64,000 bases of DNA from Sporopachydermia quercuum (lineage: Eukaryota): contig BCGN01000001.1 of NCBI GenBank assembly GCA_001599295.1, forward strand, positions 558,001 to 622,000, written 5' to 3'. Below, one piece after another: positions 60,167 through 64,000 of the stretch (the stretch's first letter is position 1; the number at the start of each line of letters is the position of its first letter). A program made the position numbers and the translations under genes. Under the pieces are notes generated by a model, which saw nothing but the letters and a program-made list of their open reading frames with translations, searched no databases and was not told the origin of the DNA.

Positions 60167-61459
60167 AATGGACATTTATTCAAGCATTTCATCATCATTA
60201 TCTTTTTCATGGTTTAATCTTAATACTTTACATTAGGCCTGGAATTTATCAGTATATCATGGTCGCAATTATGAGTACTAATATTCTGTATTGTATCTTT
60301 AGTTGGATATGAATATCTCAATTTAAAGAAACTGCAACGTTGTTGTCTGGTCATTATAATTTGCATGTTACCAAGAAAATTGTTTTGTCAATTACTTTCT
60401 TTCTTGATAGCGGAATTGGTTCATAATGAAAAGGAAATAGATTCAAAGAAAAGTTAACTGGTTTTAATATCTATTAAGGAAATAATATATCGCCTGCATG
60501 TTTGAAATTCCATTCTTTATAACTATTACATATAGATAGTTGTTAATTAATGATTTATTTTGCGATTTGATATTCCTATAATTAGGTACCTCATTATTCA
60601 TTCGAACATTGATTCGAAGGGTTTTGGTGACTCTAAGCTTGCTGGTCATTGATTTTTGTTATTTCTTGATAGATCATGTTACAGGAAAGGAAATCACAAG
60701 CATTTGCTGCAGAACGAAAACCAAGAAACAACTTAATGTCTTAATCTTTCCTTTTCTTTTTGGTTATTTATCTTTTGTTTGGTTGGGTATCCTTAAATTG
60801 GTTATATAAGAAGTTCCTTATTTGACGGATACTACTTTGGTTTTCTAAAATACATATATATTTATACTTGTGTTGTATGTTCTTCTGTTTACAATCCTTA
60901 CTGTAATGTATATTTACTGGTTGGTGTTCCGCCTTCCCAATTCTCTGTTTGGTATATCAAGAAAAGACAAGGTATAATAAAATGGTGACATGGTATTTGT
61001 TCGGCTACAGTTTATAATTAAGTTATATTCAGACTCTCCTGCTACTGCTTGCTATATACAGCAGCATATATGGAGTACTTCATTGAAGTTAATACTCCAG
61101 AACTGTGACCGAAAATGGTTATTGGAAGTTTTGTTCTGCTGAAGAAGTTAAAATATTTACTATATAATCCATGTTTTTTCTTAACAATGATTACCGGTAT
61201 TCCTAGGTTATGGTTTTGGTACTAACTGTTGCTAATGTGGATACAAATAGCTGGCATTGTTATTGAAGAATGCTGCTTGATGGTAGTTATCATTAGTAAC
61301 ACAGTTGTTTCTTCTATCAAGTAGATTTATGTCAAATTGAGAAATTTGCCTTTCTCTCGATCATTCACAGTTAAAAACAAAAAAAGCAGACTTCTAAGCA
61401 TTCCTCCAGCTATCTGCAATTCAACAAAATAAGGCAATCGAAGAAAACATATGTGATCG

Positions 61460-63331
61460 ATGACTGAACATGAAGGGAATAAGAATATTAATTCTTTTTC
61501 AAGAAAGCTGAAACTGAAGCTTTTGATTGCCCACAGAAAGATTCCTAGATTTTTCGCACCAGCTGGATTTTTATCCTATGGCCGTGCACTCTTAGCGAAT
61601 CCTGCCAAGAGTTATGATCATGAGGATTTCTTTGTTTGTCGTGATGGTCTTATAACTCCTACTAAACGATCATATCTCACTATTGATAGGTCTAATCGAA
61701 AGAAACATAATTTTCAGACATATCAGTTAACTGAATGTAACGAAACATTATTAGAATTGGAGATTACAAATAAATCTCCATTGCATCCTCATAATGTTCC
61801 GCTCATTAGGAAGATCATGACTATAGCTTTATATGCATTTAGTGCAGTTGGAGCACAATTATCTAGCAGTATGTTTGGAGCTGCCGATCAATCGCTTTCT
61901 GAGCATTTCAAGATATCATCATTTGCTGCTCATGTTAGCAATTCAGCATTTATGGTTGGAGTGAGTTTTGGGCCTATGATATTTGCTCCTTTATCAGAAG
62001 TCTATGGTAGAAAATTTGTTGTTTTCGTACCTGTGTTAGTTGCTTCTATCTTGGTAGGTTGCTCTTACGGTACCGAGTACTATTGTCTCTTTGTTCTACT
62101 TAGATTTGGTTCTGGTGTACTTTCCTCTGCTCCTATTATTTCTTCAGGTGCTGCTTTGAACGATATGTTTAATGAGGCTTTTAGAGCTGATGCTTTACTT
62201 GGTTTTGCTTTGATTGTTGGTTCATCACCTTCTTTTGGTCCGTTTATTGGTGAATACCTTGTTGAAACTTTTGGCTCCTATAAAGCTATTGTTTTATTCA
62301 TTTTGATATTTGGATTTGTGTCTGCTTCTTTTGGCCTGTTGTTTTGTCCTGAGACATATGTATGCAAGATTGAAAATGACTTAGGTCGTAAGTTGCGCCG
62401 CCAAACTGAGAATTTTTCAATAAGGGGTCGAAAAGAAATCACAATTGATATAGAAAAGAAGAAGAGAGGTTCTATATTTTTGAGACCGTACTTCATACTG
62501 ACAAGAGCTTACGTCTTTTGGGTTGGAATGTATGCTTCCTATGTCTTTGGTTCAATGTATCTACACATTCATTGGGTATGGAAATATTGTAGTGGAGTGA
62601 AACCATCAGACGGATATGTCGAAAACCCTCATAAATTCATTAACTCTGGGTTTATTCTTGGCATGATTTTTGCGTCATTTGTTATTGCATTCTCAAGTTT
62701 TGTGTACAGGAAAAGGCTTGTTTCACAAACAGAACAAGTTTACCCTGAACTAAGGCTTATACCAATGCTTACAGGATCATTGTTGTTACCATCAAGTGGA
62801 TTGATATTGGGATACGTTAAGAATACTACACCTTTACTAGGTTTTTTTGTTCTTTCTTTGCATGGGTTTGCATTTTTCACTACTTTTCAAAGCGCATTGA
62901 ATATTGTTGTAGAGTTGTACCCTGATGTTTCAGCATCAGCAGTTTCATCGATAACTTTTTTCCGGTCGTTATTTGCTGCTATTTTACCATTGGTAGCTGC
63001 AAAGATGGTATTGACTATTCCATATTCTGAGATGTTCAAATTTCTTGGCTGGTTCAATACAGGTATTGCAGTAATTCCATGGGGATTGTTCTTCTTTGGT
63101 CATAAAATGAGAGGTGAAAAGAAAAGATATCGATGGTCCAGTAGATATCCTGATCAATTGACGACCGATAATGAAGAGGAGATACTAGAGATCTCATCGT
63201 CTAGTGAAAAAGATGGTACTCTAGTGAGATTGCATGAAGTAGAGCTAGAGGATATTAGATCAGAAAATATGAGCAATCGAATAGATAGCGGTACCAGCTG
63301 TAGTGATAATGTGATTGAAGAAGTAAAATAA
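61460..63331 (+). CDS. MFS drug:H+ antiporter (DHA1 family), divergent, 623 aa
   Basis: About 12 hydrophobic segments, GPMIFAPLSEVYGRK, PETY, PELRL and SASAVSSITFFRS. Confidence 0.85.
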   Translation: MTEHEGNKNINSFSRKLKLKLLIAHRKIPRFFAPAGFLSYGRALLANPAKSYDHEDFFVCRDGLITPTKRSYLTIDRSNRKKHNFQTYQLTECNETLLELEITNKSPLHPHNVPLIRKIMTIALYAFSAVGAQLSSSMFGAADQSLSEHFKISSFAAHVSNSAFMVGVSFGPMIFAPLSEVYGRKFVVFVPVLVASILVGCSYGTEYYCLFVLLRFGSGVLSSAPIISSGAALNDMFNEAFRADALLGFALIVGSSPSFGPFIGEYLVETFGSYKAIVLFILIFGFVSASFGLLFCPETYVCKIENDLGRKLRRQTENFSIRGRKEITIDIEKKKRGSIFLRPYFILTRAYVFWVGMYASYVFGSMYLHIHWVWKYCSGVKPSDGYVENPHKFINSGFILGMIFASFVIAFSSFVYRKRLVSQTEQVYPELRLIPMLTGSLLLPSSGLILGYVKNTTPLLGFFVLSLHGFAFFTTFQSALNIVVELYPDVSASAVSSITFFRSLFAAILPLVAAKMVLTIPYSEMFKFLGWFNTGIAVIPWGLFFFGHKMRGEKKRYRWSSRYPDQLTTDNEEEILEISSSSEKDGTLVRLHEVELEDIRSENMSNRIDSGTSCSDNVIEEVK

Positions 63332-63766
63332 GAAAGTGGATTGAACCAAACAGTTGTACCAATTTTGTTGAATAGCTGATCACTTGAATTAATAATATTA
63401 CTGATATTAGATATTAGAAAAGTTTCAATTAGAATTCATTGGTTTTTGTTTGTTTTGTTTCGGATGGTATGGTTATTTTTAGGAATCGCTTTCAAATTGG
63501 TTGTAATGAAAAGTTTATAAGTAGTTGATTTTGATTGTTTTGTTTTGTTTTTGGTTAGCTTGATTCGTTATGTAAGTTATGATATATTATACGAGTGTAT
63601 CGAAGAAACAACTACTAGGGAAATAATGATTATCCAATAATTATCTACCGTATTCCAATATTTATGAAATTTATTCCACTATCCATAGTATTATTGTATG
63701 AATCATGCCTATGCAATGACATAATATATATTAATATCAATGATCAATACGTTTTGATTAATCATC

Positions 63767-64000
63767 CTAAATTTCACCATCATCAGATTTCTCCTCACTC
63801 TCTGTTTTCACTTCTGCTTCTGCTTTTGATTCTGCTCCTATAGCTTCTTTTTCATCGGCATTTACTTCACCATCCGCATTTTCCTCTTGTTTTTCTGATT
63901 CTTCATTATGAAATTTCGCCTTATCTATCCCCTTATTATCTTCATTGTTATCGTTCATATCTTCTTTCGTAACATCTTTTTCAGCTGAAGTCTCTACCTC
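63767..64000 (-). CDS. Acidic low-complexity C-terminus of a gene starting beyond the window
   Basis: The open frame continues to the right edge (EVETSAEKDVTKEDMNDNNEDNK...SDDGEI*). Confidence 0.6.
   Translation of the reverse strand, partial: EVETSAEKDVTKEDMNDNNEDNKGIDKAKFHNEESEKQEENADGEVNADEKEAIGAESKAEAEVKTESEEKSDDGEI

Noticed and set aside
1..64000. tRNA, rRNA, LTR/transposon, CRISPR or secondary-metabolite cluster
   Set aside because: None recognised by eye; a tRNAscan-SE, Infernal or repeat search would be needed to exclude short or degenerate copies.

Overview
AT-rich genomic DNA from a budding-yeast-like ascomycete (Saccharomycotina), read with the standard code (CTG falls at conserved Leu positions). 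It holds about 22 protein-coding genes: PDS5 (partial), a formate/nitrite transporter, an Mpv17/PMP22 protein, VPS72, COQ3, VPS60, RIB3, WRS1, an orphan ORF, PKH1/2, RPL27, a CCDC174/DUF4078-like gene, IRA/neurofibromin RasGAP, REX4, AVO1, PMT4, an ERp38/TigA-like PDI, APD1, SUR1/CSH1, a DHA1 MFS transporter and a partial acidic ORF. I reconstructed ten coding introns by hand, plus a candidate at the WRS1 5' end, and these correct several ORF-track models. I found no tRNA, rRNA, transposon or clearly novel multi-gene system. The best leads are: (1) a narrow branchpoint-to-3'AG spacing (mostly 8-11 nt) that appears to skip closer AGs and predicts a rare AAG acceptor in RIB3; (2) a candidate orphan box C/D snoRNA at about 28.9-29.0 kb; (3) a 101-codon open frame behind the FNT stop codon; (4) gene order resembling S. 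cerevisiae duplicated blocks; (5) an orphan 302-aa ORF. All homology calls come from recognising motifs, not from database searches.
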